Positions 31,382 to 40,664 of a DNA stretch of 54,220 nt are shown here, piece after piece. The notes beneath the pieces were generated by a model, which saw only the letters and a list, made by a program, of their open reading frames with translations, did no database searches and was not told the origin of the DNA. The stretch comes from a virus. Taxonomy: Duplodnaviria > Caudoviricetes. Every line of letters begins with the position of its first letter. Within the stretch, counting starts at the first letter, position 1. The DNA lies in the IMG/VR virus record IMGVR_UViG_3300020222_000028, positions 1 to 54,220 of that record, one strand, 5' to 3'. The position numbers and the translations under genes were made by a program.

Positions 31382-32512
31382 ATGTCAGATAACTTAAACG
31401 AAAAGTTTGAGGAGCTTGTAACTGAGTCAGAAGTTGGCACAAGTGCGCTTTCTCCCGCAATCGTTCCTGGCCAATCATCTGGTATCGGTCAATACATGCA
31501 TCCTGTAACTGGTCAAGTCGGTGACGCACAAACTCGCGGTGGTGGAAAAGATAGTGGATTTACACTTGCCACTTCACTTGCTCCTGGTCAATCAGAAGAA
31601 GACAATGGTGGTTCGGATTTTGAATCACCAGAGGGTGAGGACAATCCTGGAGCAAAAGCAGCAAAGCATAACAAAAAAGTTAGCGATGCTCAAACTACTT
31701 CCAAAGGTGTTGAGTCGGCATTTTCAGTTAAGTCATCTGGTTATGGCGTAGAGAATGGTCAGAACAATACTAAAGTATTTGGCATGGAAGCAATCGAATA
31801 TTCCGCTGCGGAAGACGTTGCTGCCCTCACCGAAGGCGAAGAGTTCTCCGAAGATTTCAAAGCGAAAGCAACGACAATCTTCGAAGCTGCTGTTAAGTCG
31901 CGTATCGAAGAGCAAGTATCTTCAATCGCAACTAAACTCGAAGAGCAGTTCTCCGCCAAACTCCAAGAAGAGATTGCTACTCTCTCCGAAAAAGTTGATG
32001 AAACACTCAGCTATGCAATCACCACTTGGGTAGAAGAGAACCAAGTTGCACTCGATGCAGGTCTCAAGCTTGAGATTGCTGAAGAGTTCATGGGTGGTCT
32101 GAAAAAAGTTTTTGAAGAAAACTACCTCAATCTCCCAGAAGAGAAAGTCGATGTTGTAGAAACAATGACTGAGGAGCTTTGTGAAATGGAAGGTCGCTTA
32201 AACGAACAGATTGAGCGTAATATTGATCTTAATAATAAACTCGCTGGTTATCAAAAAACCGTTATCCTCAATCATATGAGCGAGGGTCTCGTTGATACTC
32301 AAAGAGAAAAACTTGCTTCTCTTGCTGAAGGAGTAGAGTTTGTTTCTGAAGAAGACTTCAAGAACAAAGTCGCAACTCTCATTAGCAGCTACTTCCCTAA
32401 GCATGTAGTTAATGAGCAAGTAGTCCCTGAAGTCTCAGGTGAGCAATCAACTGAAGAAGTATCGCCAGTAATGGCAGCATATCTTCAGGCGATTTCACGC
32501 TGGAGCAACTGA
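31382..32512 (+). CDS. gp22: Prohead scaffolding protein gp22
   Basis: FSEDFKAKATTIFEAAV; acidic coiled coil; synteny. Confidence 0.93.
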   Translation: MSDNLNEKFEELVTESEVGTSALSPAIVPGQSSGIGQYMHPVTGQVGDAQTRGGGKDSGFTLATSLAPGQSEEDNGGSDFESPEGEDNPGAKAAKHNKKVSDAQTTSKGVESAFSVKSSGYGVENGQNNTKVFGMEAIEYSAAEDVAALTEGEEFSEDFKAKATTIFEAAVKSRIEEQVSSIATKLEEQFSAKLQEEIATLSEKVDETLSYAITTWVEENQVALDAGLKLEIAEEFMGGLKKVFEENYLNLPEEKVDVVETMTEELCEMEGRLNEQIERNIDLNNKLAGYQKTVILNHMSEGLVDTQREKLASLAEGVEFVSEEDFKNKVATLISSYFPKHVVNEQVVPEVSGEQSTEEVSPVMAAYLQAISRWSN

Positions 32513-32516
32513 TAAT

Positions 32517-32524
32517 AATAAATA
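32517..32524 (+). promoter_or_regulatory. Late promoter AATAAATA for gp23
   Basis: Intergenic match. Confidence 0.7.
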
Positions 32525-32559
32525 ATTTTAACCCAATCACTCAACGGAGTAAAAGCAAA

Positions 32560-33981
32560 ATGTCTGATACAAGAATTTTGCAGGAAAAGTGGGCACCTGT
32601 TCTAAATCACGGTGGTCTTCCTGAAATCAAGGATGCATATCGTAAACAGGTTGTTGCTACCCTGCTAGAAAACCAAGAGCGTGCTATTCGTGAAGAGTAT
32701 GCAATGCTCGGAGAAGTTACCTCTCAGGTAAACTCACTCGGCGCTGCAACCATCGCACCTGCTGGTTCAGCTCTATCCTCAAGCAACACTGCTGGTCTTG
32801 CTGGTTTCGATCCTATCCTAATCAGCCTAATCCGCCGTTCAATGCCTAACCTTGTCGCTTATGACATCGCTGGCGTTCAACCAATGAGCGGTCCTACTGG
32901 TCTCATCTTTGCGATGAGAGCTCGTTACGAGAACCAGAACGGTGCTGAAGCACTCTACTACGAACCAGACGAAGGTTTCTCAGCTGGTTACGATGCCAAC
33001 AAGGGCGACTACAATGTTCGTTCTGCTGCTGGTGTTGGTGGCGATGCTGAGGGTAATAACCCTGCTGTTCTTAATGACGGCACTCCTGGCACCTATGAAG
33101 TTGCTCGTGGCATGAGCCGTGAGACTTCTGAAGTTCTAGGCGAAGCAAATACTCTGTTCCGCGAGATGGCGTTCAGCATCGAGAAAACCTCGGTGACTGC
33201 TAAGACACGCGCACTCAAGGCAGAGTACACCTTAGAACTAGCACAAGACCTTAAGGCAATCCACGGTCTTGATGCTGAGCAAGAGCTCGCCAACCTACTC
33301 TCAAGCGAGATCCTCGCTGAGATCAACCGCGAAATCATCCGTACCGTTTATACTGTTGCACTTCCTGGTGCTCAGCAAGACGTTGCTACTCAAGGTACTT
33401 TTGACCTTGATATCGATTCAAACGGTCGTTGGATGGCAGAAAAGTTCAAGGGTCTCCTATTCCAGATTCAGCGTGATGCAAACGCAATCGGTCAACTCAC
33501 ACGTAGAGGTAAAGGCAACTTTATGATCTGCTCAGCAGACGTTGCTTCCGCTATGTCGATGGCTGGTATGCTTGATTACGCTCCTGCTCTCAACACTTCA
33601 CTTAACGTTGATGACACTGGTAACGTATTTGCTGGTGTTCTTCAGGGTGGTATCCGTGTTTACATCGATCCATTCGGTGCTCCTGTTTACTCACAGGGTC
33701 AGGCTGCTAAACACTACTACGTCATGGGTTATAAGGGCACCTCACCTTATGATGCAGGTCTCTTCTACTGCCCATACGTTCCTCTCCAAATGGTTCGTAG
33801 TATCAATCCTGATACCTTCCAACCTAAGATTGGATTCAAGACACGTTACGGTATGGTCAGCAACCCATTCGTTTCAACAACGAATAGCAATGGTATCGCT
33901 GGTGCTACTCCTGACGGTTCTGCTCTCACCGCTAATACTAACCAGTATTACAGAAGAGTTAAGGTTACTAACCTCACCTGA
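32560..33981 (+). CDS. gp23: Major capsid protein gp23
   Basis: GVQPMSGPTGLIFAMR, ELAQDLKAIHGLDAE, FQPKIGFKTRYG. Confidence 0.98.
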   Translation: MSDTRILQEKWAPVLNHGGLPEIKDAYRKQVVATLLENQERAIREEYAMLGEVTSQVNSLGAATIAPAGSALSSSNTAGLAGFDPILISLIRRSMPNLVAYDIAGVQPMSGPTGLIFAMRARYENQNGAEALYYEPDEGFSAGYDANKGDYNVRSAAGVGGDAEGNNPAVLNDGTPGTYEVARGMSRETSEVLGEANTLFREMAFSIEKTSVTAKTRALKAEYTLELAQDLKAIHGLDAEQELANLLSSEILAEINREIIRTVYTVALPGAQQDVATQGTFDLDIDSNGRWMAEKFKGLLFQIQRDANAIGQLTRRGKGNFMICSADVASAMSMAGMLDYAPALNTSLNVDDTGNVFAGVLQGGIRVYIDPFGAPVYSQGQAAKHYYVMGYKGTSPYDAGLFYCPYVPLQMVRSINPDTFQPKIGFKTRYGMVSNPFVSTTNSNGIAGATPDGSALTANTNQYYRRVKVTNLT

Positions 33982-33998
33982 TTTACAGGTCAAGGTAG

Positions 33999-34024
33999 AG
34001 ACCCCCAAAAGGGGGTCTTTTTTT
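33999..34024 (+). terminator. Rho-independent terminator after gp23
   Basis: AGACCCCC-AAAA-GGGGGTCT followed by a T-run. Confidence 0.9.
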
Positions 34025-34029
34025 ATGCA

Positions 34030-34037
34030 AATAAATA
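34030..34037 (+). promoter_or_regulatory. Late promoter AATAAATA for gp3
   Basis: Just after the terminator. Confidence 0.7.
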
Positions 34038-34056
34038 GTGAAAAAAGGATAAGGTC

Positions 34057-34569
34057 ATGCCTGCTAAGTGGTTTGATGAACAACCAAAAAATAGAAACTT
34101 TCTTGCCCCAGCTGGATTTAAGTTGGAGTTGGAGTTATTTCCTGGCGTAGATTTTTTCTGTCAACGTTCTGGTGTTCCAGATATTTCTGTAGGAACTACT
34201 GAAGTTCCAACTCCATTCAGAAGTCTACCGATCCCTTCTGCAGGTGGAGTTCGTTATGGTGATTTTAGAGTTCGATTTATTATTGATGAAGATTTAAAAA
34301 ACTATTTAACTATATTTGATTGGATACAAAAAAATAATCTAGCAGAAACATATGATGACAGTGGTATACAATTTTGTAATGCAGAGCTGCATATTTTAAA
34401 TAGTAACTTTAGAACAAATAGAATAGTAAACTTTGAAAAACTTTTCCCAGTTGATTTATCTGGTGTTGAGTTTGACGTAGCAGACCAAGACGTTGATTAC
34501 ATTACAGCTGATGTAACATTTAAGTTTTTTAAATATTATTTTACAGATAAAAATCACAAGGAGTTATGA
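34057..34569 (+). CDS. gp3: Tail completion protein gp3
   Basis: NRNFLAP.GFK, FFCQ...P, FIIDEDLKNY; cyanophage-type synteny after gp23. Confidence 0.88.
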   Translation: MPAKWFDEQPKNRNFLAPAGFKLELELFPGVDFFCQRSGVPDISVGTTEVPTPFRSLPIPSAGGVRYGDFRVRFIIDEDLKNYLTIFDWIQKNNLAETYDDSGIQFCNAELHILNSNFRTNRIVNFEKLFPVDLSGVEFDVADQDVDYITADVTFKFFKYYFTDKNHKEL

Positions 34570-34572
34570 TAT

Positions 34573-35049
34573 ATGAAGTTTGATGATTTGAGAACACTTT
34601 TTAATCATGTTAAATCAGAATGGCAAGAAGATTCACATATCGATTTCCAGTTTAAAAACAAACAATACTCAGCAGACCTAGCACAAATATCGCTAGACAT
34701 TCCTTACCAGCACAATAAATATTTAAACTTCTATAACGATTTCTCAACAGAGAAGACAGCACTGGAGTTCCAGTATCGTATGAAGTTAAAAGAAAAAAGA
34801 GAATATTATCAAGGGGAAGCAGATCCCGAAGTTTACAAAGAAAAACCTTTTGGACAATCCATTAAAACATCCGAGAAGATGAAAGTATATTTGGAAGCGG
34901 ATGAGGATTTGATTAATATTGAAATGAAGATAGAGTTTATTAACAAGGCACTTTTCTTTTTGGATAATATTCTTAAAATGATATCCAACAGAAGTTTCCA
35001 AATCAAAAACGCTATCGAGTGGGAGAAATTTATTAATGGTAGCACCTAA
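34573..35049 (+). CDS. uvsY: Recombination mediator UvsY
   Basis: IP..H.KYL, YY.G.A, NRSFQIKNAIEW. Confidence 0.9.
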   Translation: MKFDDLRTLFNHVKSEWQEDSHIDFQFKNKQYSADLAQISLDIPYQHNKYLNFYNDFSTEKTALEFQYRMKLKEKREYYQGEADPEVYKEKPFGQSIKTSEKMKVYLEADEDLINIEMKIEFINKALFFLDNILKMISNRSFQIKNAIEWEKFINGST

Positions 35050-36527
35050 TGTCAGAACTTGTAGTAGCAAAGAAGAATAACATCTTCCTCACAATCAAAG
35101 CAGAACCACACGTTCACTATGAACTCGCAGATTATTTCACATTTGATATCCCTAACGCCAAGTTTATGCCCCAGTATAAAAGTGGCATGTGGGATGGAAA
35201 GATTCGACTCTACTCGCCAGGAACAGGCGAGCTCTATTGTGGTCTCATCTCACACCTCAAAGAGTGGAGCGGAGTCAAAGGTTATTCAATCGAGTATCAA
35301 GGTAATAAGTTCTATGGAGATGTAGAAGAAGTTAATCCACAGATTACACCAGAAGGTGTTAGTGGATTCATGAATGCTATCTGCTCCAATCATACACCAA
35401 GAGATTATCAAGTCAAGGCAGTATACGAAGCTCTTCTAAACAATCGCCGTCTGTTACTTTCTCCCACTGCTTCTGGTAAGTCACTGATGATTTACTCGTT
35501 AGTGAGATACTACTATGCTTCTGAGTATAAAAAGACAGGAAAGAAAACTCTCATCATTGTTCCCACCACTTCACTGGTCGAACAGATGTATAAAGATTTT
35601 GAAGATTACGGTTGGGATGTAGAAGAACATTGTCATAAGATTTACGGAGGTAAAGATAAGAACGTAGAGAAAGCAGTTATCATTTCTACGTGGCAATCTA
35701 TCTACAAGTTTCCTAAGCGTTGGTTTGATGACTTCTCCTGTGTGATTGGAGATGAAGCACACCTATTCAAATCTAAATCACTGACTGGCATCATGACTAA
35801 ACTCCATGAAGCTAAGTATCGTTTTGGTTTTACTGGAACACTTGATGGTTCTGCTACACACAAATGGGTGCTGGAAGGATTGTTTGGTGAATGTAAGCAT
35901 GTTACTAAAACAGAAAAGTTAATCAAAGAAGGTCATCTATCGGATTTTCGTATTAAGGTTCTTTTACTCAAACATGAAACAGAGCAGTTCTTTGATTATC
36001 AAAATGAAATCGATGCGATTGTAGATAATCCAAAACGTAATCGTTTGATTAGAAACTTAGTGCGTGACTTAGAAGGTAACACTTTGGTTCTCTTCAACTA
36101 TGTTGAGCGTCACGGAATGCCTCTATACGAAAGCATAAATAGAGTTGTTAAAGAAGGTCGTAAAGTTTTTCTGGTCTATGGTGGTGTAGACACAGAAGAG
36201 CGCGAAGAGATTAGAAGGATTACTGAAACTGAAAATGACGCAGTAATCGTAGCTTCATACGGAACATTCAGCACTGGCATTAACATTCGTAATCTACACA
36301 ATGTTGTGTTTGCCTCACCATCAAAATCAAGAGTAAGAAACTTACAATCTATTGGGCGTGTATTGCGTAAGGGCGATAACAAAACTTATGCAACTCTTTA
36401 TGATATTGCTGATGAGTATTGCAGAACTCCTCAGAAAAACTACACCCTGAAACATTTAGATGAACGATTGAAAATATACGAAGAAGAAAAGTTTAATGTA
36501 GAAATAATAAAAATAGATTTAAGATAA
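35049..36527 (+). CDS. uvsW: SF2 DNA/RNA helicase UvsW
   Basis: PTASGKS, DEAH, GFTGT, LQSIGR.LR. Confidence 0.96.
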   Translation: MSELVVAKKNNIFLTIKAEPHVHYELADYFTFDIPNAKFMPQYKSGMWDGKIRLYSPGTGELYCGLISHLKEWSGVKGYSIEYQGNKFYGDVEEVNPQITPEGVSGFMNAICSNHTPRDYQVKAVYEALLNNRRLLLSPTASGKSLMIYSLVRYYYASEYKKTGKKTLIIVPTTSLVEQMYKDFEDYGWDVEEHCHKIYGGKDKNVEKAVIISTWQSIYKFPKRWFDDFSCVIGDEAHLFKSKSLTGIMTKLHEAKYRFGFTGTLDGSATHKWVLEGLFGECKHVTKTEKLIKEGHLSDFRIKVLLLKHETEQFFDYQNEIDAIVDNPKRNRLIRNLVRDLEGNTLVLFNYVERHGMPLYESINRVVKEGRKVFLVYGGVDTEEREEIRRITETENDAVIVASYGTFSTGINIRNLHNVVFASPSKSRVRNLQSIGRVLRKGDNKTYATLYDIADEYCRTPQKNYTLKHLDERLKIYEEEKFNVEIIKIDLR

Positions 36528-36528
36528 T

Positions 36529-36948
36529 ATGGAAGAAGAATTTTACGCATCCATAAAACTTACTTCGGGTGAAGAGATTGTAGCTAAAGTTAGTTACGAT
36601 TCAAATGATGATGTTATTGTGGTATTAGAACCTAGAGTGATTGAAAAAGTAGAACAAAAAAAAGGAAAGATGATTGTGGAAGGAATCGTCTTTGATGATT
36701 GGATGAATGCTACTTTTGAAAATATGTTTATTATTCCTCGTTCTCAAATTATTACTATGATTGAACTTGATGAACGTATTATTTCTTTCTATGAAGATCA
36801 TTTAAAAGATAAAAGTCAATATAGAAAATCAAGAAGCAAAGAATCAAACTCTTCATCTAAAAGACAAAATCCCAGAAACTCAGAAGGTTATCTGGGATCT
36901 ATTAAAGAATCTAAGAAGTTATTAGAAGAGATATATAATAAATCTTGA
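36529..36948 (+). CDS. Conserved hypothetical protein, Sm-like fold suspected (139 aa)
   Basis: IKLTSGEEIVAKV...LEP...W......FIIP...IITM pattern. Confidence 0.75.
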   Translation: MEEEFYASIKLTSGEEIVAKVSYDSNDDVIVVLEPRVIEKVEQKKGKMIVEGIVFDDWMNATFENMFIIPRSQIITMIELDERIISFYEDHLKDKSQYRKSRSKESNSSSKRQNPRNSEGYLGSIKESKKLLEEIYNKS

Positions 36949-36963
36949 AAGCGCAACACTGCT

Positions 36964-36992
36964 ATTATATACGATTTTAAGGGTTGTGTCAA
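36964..36992 (-). promoter_or_regulatory. Perfect sigma70 consensus promoter on the minus strand
   Basis: Reverse complement reads TTGACA (36992-36987), 17 bp, TATAAT (36969-36964). Confidence 0.75.
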
Positions 36993-36997
36993 GCCCC

Positions 36998-37026
36998 TTT
37001 ACAATAACCGTTAGGTGTGTTACAAT
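36998..37026 (+). promoter_or_regulatory. sigma70-type promoter for gp55
   Basis: TTTACA-17-TACAAT with TG extension. Confidence 0.8.
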
Positions 37027-37040
37027 ATTAACACCAACGG

Positions 37041-37565
37041 ATGTACACTATGCTAACAGTCGAAAAGCCAATGGGTAGACGCACAACCAAGGAAAACTAT
37101 GTTAATAACCGAGAGTTCCTCGATGCCCTGATGGTGTATCGACAGCAGGTTTCTGCAGCTAAAAAAGCAGATCTACCCAAACCTAAAGTTCCCAACTATA
37201 TTGGGGAATGTTTTTTAAAGATTGCTACCCACCTATCATACAAACCTAACTTTGTCAACTACATGTTTAGGGATGATATGATCTGTGATGGGATCGAAAA
37301 CTGTCTTCAGTATATCGATAACTTTAATCCAGAGAAGTCAACCAATCCATTTGCTTACTTCACTCAGATTATCTATTATGCTTTCTTGCGTAGGATTCAA
37401 CGTGAGAAAAAGCAACTAGAAATCAAAACTAAGATTCTTGAAAAGTCTGGGTTTGATGAAGTTTTGTATACAGACAGTTACAGCGGTGACATGGCTGGTT
37501 ATAATAGCAGTTACTCTGATATGAATAGTATCAAAGAATCCCTTGAAATGAGATCTAAACGATGA
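37041..37565 (+). CDS. gp55: Late-transcription sigma factor gp55 (start may be 37050 or 37071)
   Basis: YVNNREFL, YIGECFLKIATHLSYKPNF, NPFAYFTQI. Confidence 0.96.
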   Translation: MYTMLTVEKPMGRRTTKENYVNNREFLDALMVYRQQVSAAKKADLPKPKVPNYIGECFLKIATHLSYKPNFVNYMFRDDMICDGIENCLQYIDNFNPEKSTNPFAYFTQIIYYAFLRRIQREKKQLEIKTKILEKSGFDEVLYTDSYSGDMAGYNSSYSDMNSIKESLEMRSKR

Positions 37566-38611
37566 CAGTAGCATTGATTACAGACCAACATCTAGACGGG
37601 AGAAAGGGAAGTGTTGCGTTTTGGGAATACTTCAAAAAATTCTATGACGAGGTATTCTTTCCTACACTTGAGAAACATGGAATCAAAACTGTTATTGACC
37701 TCGGTGACACGTTTGATAATCGTAAGGGGATTGATTTTAATGTTTGGAGCAGGGTGCGTCAACATTATTTTCAACGCCTTGAAGACATGGGTATCTTCGT
37801 TCACATGATTCTTGGCAATCACTGTACCTATTATAAGAATACCAACGAGATTAACTCACCCGATTTGCTGCTGAAAGATTTTAGTAATATTGAAATCTAC
37901 TCTCGCCCAGAGACAGTAATGATTGATGGCACTAAGATTCTTATGATGCCATGGATTAACTCTTCTAACATGGAAGAGACAATGGCTTGGATTAATGATA
38001 CCAGTGCTGAGATTGCCATGGGTCATTTAGAGCTGAATGGTTTTGAAGTTACTCCTGGTATGAAGATGGAGCATGGCATGGATCCTTCTATCTTCAAAAA
38101 ATTCAAACAAGTATTCTCTGGGCACTTTCATCACAAATCTACCAGAGGTAACATTACATACTTAGGTAACCCCTATCAAATGTTTTGGAATGATTATAAA
38201 GACGAGCGAGGATTTCATCTCTATGAGCCAAAGACAAATAAACTCAAGCGGGTCAAGAACCCTTATGAGATTTTCCAGAAAATCTATTATAATGATTCTA
38301 CTAGTTCTCATCTCAGCTTCGATACCTGTGAGTGTGCAAATACTTTTGTCAAGATTATTGTAGAAGATAAAAAAGATTACTTGGCATTTGAAAAGTTCGT
38401 TGACGAAGTATTTGCTAAGCAACCACATGACGTAAAGATTATCGAGACATTAGTGAACGATGCATTTGTTGAAGATGATGAAGTCACTGAGGTTAAAGAT
38501 ACATTAACTCTTCTCAACGAATATATTGATGAGGTAGAGTTAACCGTTGACAGAAACAAACTTAAGAGTATCATGAAGACACTATATATTGAAAGCTGTG
38601 AGGTAGTATAA
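37562..38611 (+). CDS. gp47: Recombination endonuclease gp47 (Mre11/SbcD-like)
   Basis: TDQH, DLGD, GNH, SGHFH. Confidence 0.95.
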   Translation: MTVALITDQHLDGRKGSVAFWEYFKKFYDEVFFPTLEKHGIKTVIDLGDTFDNRKGIDFNVWSRVRQHYFQRLEDMGIFVHMILGNHCTYYKNTNEINSPDLLLKDFSNIEIYSRPETVMIDGTKILMMPWINSSNMEETMAWINDTSAEIAMGHLELNGFEVTPGMKMEHGMDPSIFKKFKQVFSGHFHHKSTRGNITYLGNPYQMFWNDYKDERGFHLYEPKTNKLKRVKNPYEIFQKIYYNDSTSSHLSFDTCECANTFVKIIVEDKKDYLAFEKFVDEVFAKQPHDVKIIETLVNDAFVEDDEVTEVKDTLTLLNEYIDEVELTVDRNKLKSIMKTLYIESCEVV

Positions 38612-38899
38612 ATGTTTCTGATCACTCTCCAAGAACAACCAGACGGTGTTTACTCGGTGCTTGACGAAGAGGGCGATCATGTAGTATACTTCTTTCGGGA
38701 GGAAGATGATGCCGAAAGGTATCTTGGTTTGTTGGAAGCAAACAGCACAGAAGAAAATCTTCCTCCTTTAATGACATACGAAATAGATGCCAAAGCTGGT
38801 ATCGGAATGTGTGAGATGAGAAACATGAAGTATCTCATCGTTGAACCCGACGACATTATTGTTCCCCCTCATTACTATGATAATCTTCAAGACGATTAA
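38612..38899 (+). CDS. Hypothetical protein (95 aa)
   Basis: Operonic; F.EEDDAERY motif. Confidence 0.75.
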   Translation: MFLITLQEQPDGVYSVLDEEGDHVVYFFREEDDAERYLGLLEANSTEENLPPLMTYEIDAKAGIGMCEMRNMKYLIVEPDDIIVPPHYYDNLQDD

Positions 38900-40601
38900 A
38901 TGGAAAAACTTTCTATCTACTGGCAATCAGTTTACTGAAATTTCGTTAACTGACAGTAAAAGTAGTTTGATTGTGGGGGCAAATGGTGCTGGCAAGTCAA
39001 CCATTCTCGATGCCCTCACTTTTGCTTTGTTTGGTAAACCATTTAGAAAGATTAACAAACCACAGCTACTCAACTCTATCAATCAATCAGATTGTGTTGT
39101 GGAAGTTAACTTTGATGTTGGTAGAAATAAATATACAGTAACTCGTGGTATTAAACCTAACAAGTTTGAAATACAACAGAATGGTGTGCTGCTTGATCAA
39201 GATGCATCTGCTGTAGATCAGCAAAAACATTTTGAGCAAACCATTCTCAAAATGAACTACAAATCATTTACTCAGATTGTGGTGCTAGGTTCATCTACCT
39301 TTGTGCCTTTCATGCGTCTTCCCCTGGCAGCTCGTAGAGAAATCATCGAAGACATCCTTGACATTCAAATCTTCTCAACAATGAATGTCAATCTAAAAGA
39401 AAAGATTAAAGTAATCAATGATGAGTTGAAAGACCACGAATATAAACTGTCTTTGGTCAAAGAGAAGATTGACATGCAAAAGCAGTTTATGCTTGACATT
39501 GAAAAGAAGAATAAAGAAGACATTCAGGAAAAAGAGAATCGTAAAGACACCCTATTAAAAGAGGCACTAGATTATGAATCGGAAATCCTCAATAACGACA
39601 CGGAAATCAACGCTAAGACCACTGCCGTTTCAGACACGCAGACTCTTAAAACAACGATATCTAAGATCACTTCGATCAAAGAGAAACTGTCAACCAAGCG
39701 AAAGTCACACGCAAAAGAGAAGAAATTCTTTGAGGAGAATGATGCTTGCCCAACATGCGGTCAGAGTATCGCAGAGCATTTTAAACAAGAAAAGATCACG
39801 ATTCTCTCGGATAAACTTGCTGAGGTGGAGAAAGGCGTGTCTGATTTGGGACAACAACTTTCAGATCTCCAAAGTAAAGAAGATACCTTTATTCTTTTGA
39901 TTGATGAAATAAACGAACTCAATCAAAAAAATAGACAACTCAATAATGAAATTAAGTCACTTCATAAACGAATTGAAGAACTGGACGACGACATCAGAAA
40001 ACTCAGGGATTCAGATGTCAATCAACGGGAGCAGTTTTCAATTCTTAAATCCCTTAGCGAAGACGGGAAGCGAGTCCAAGAAACAATTTCTGAAACAAAA
40101 GAAGAAAAAGACTGCTTACTCACAGCGGCACAACTTCTCAAAGATTCGGGCATCAAAACGCGCATCATCAAAAAATACTTACCGACGATGAATAAACTCA
40201 TCAACGATTACCTAGAAAAAATGGAGTTTTCTGCAAGTTTTATGCTGGATGATAACTTTGAAGAAGTAATCAAATCACGTTACCGAGATGAATTTAGTTA
40301 TGAATCTTTTTCTGAAGGTGAAAAAGCTAGAATTGATATTGCTCTATTGCTTACTTGGCGTAGTGTTGCTAAACTTAAGAATAGCGTGGATACTAATCTT
40401 TTAATCTTAGATGAAATCTTTGATGGGTCACTTGACCAATCTGGCAATAGCGACCTTGGATGGATTCTAAGAAGCTTTGATGATAAAACAAATGTGTTTG
40501 TTATTTCTCATCGAGAAAATATGGCGGATAAATTTGAAAGATGCTTAAGATTTGAGAAGCATAAAAATTTCTCATACGTCACTGACGAAATATTTGATTG
40601 A
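38877..40601 (+). CDS. gp46: Recombination ATPase gp46 (Rad50/SbcC-like)
   Basis: ATG at 38877; GANGAGKST, CPTCG hook, FSEGE, LILDE. Confidence 0.96.
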   Translation: MIIFKTIKWKNFLSTGNQFTEISLTDSKSSLIVGANGAGKSTILDALTFALFGKPFRKINKPQLLNSINQSDCVVEVNFDVGRNKYTVTRGIKPNKFEIQQNGVLLDQDASAVDQQKHFEQTILKMNYKSFTQIVVLGSSTFVPFMRLPLAARREIIEDILDIQIFSTMNVNLKEKIKVINDELKDHEYKLSLVKEKIDMQKQFMLDIEKKNKEDIQEKENRKDTLLKEALDYESEILNNDTEINAKTTAVSDTQTLKTTISKITSIKEKLSTKRKSHAKEKKFFEENDACPTCGQSIAEHFKQEKITILSDKLAEVEKGVSDLGQQLSDLQSKEDTFILLIDEINELNQKNRQLNNEIKSLHKRIEELDDDIRKLRDSDVNQREQFSILKSLSEDGKRVQETISETKEEKDCLLTAAQLLKDSGIKTRIIKKYLPTMNKLINDYLEKMEFSASFMLDDNFEEVIKSRYRDEFSYESFSEGEKARIDIALLLTWRSVAKLKNSVDTNLLILDEIFDGSLDQSGNSDLGWILRSFDDKTNVFVISHRENMADKFERCLRFEKHKNFSYVTDEIFD

Positions 40602-40607
40602 CTTATA

Positions 40608-40641
40608 GGGGGTTGCTTCGGCACCCCCTTTGCCGTATAGT
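40608..40641 (+). promoter_or_regulatory. Hairpin overlapping an early-type promoter (TTGCTT-17-TATAGT)
   Basis: GGGGGTTGC-TTCG-GCACCCCC stem; -35 at 40613-40618, -10 at 40636-40641. Confidence 0.65.
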
Positions 40642-40664
40642 AGGTTCAACAACGCAAGAGACCA

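Noticed and set aside
33542-34150. 202-aa +1 frame ORF crossing the end of gp23
   Set aside because: It runs through a strong terminator and has shadow-like composition; no slippery site was recognised.
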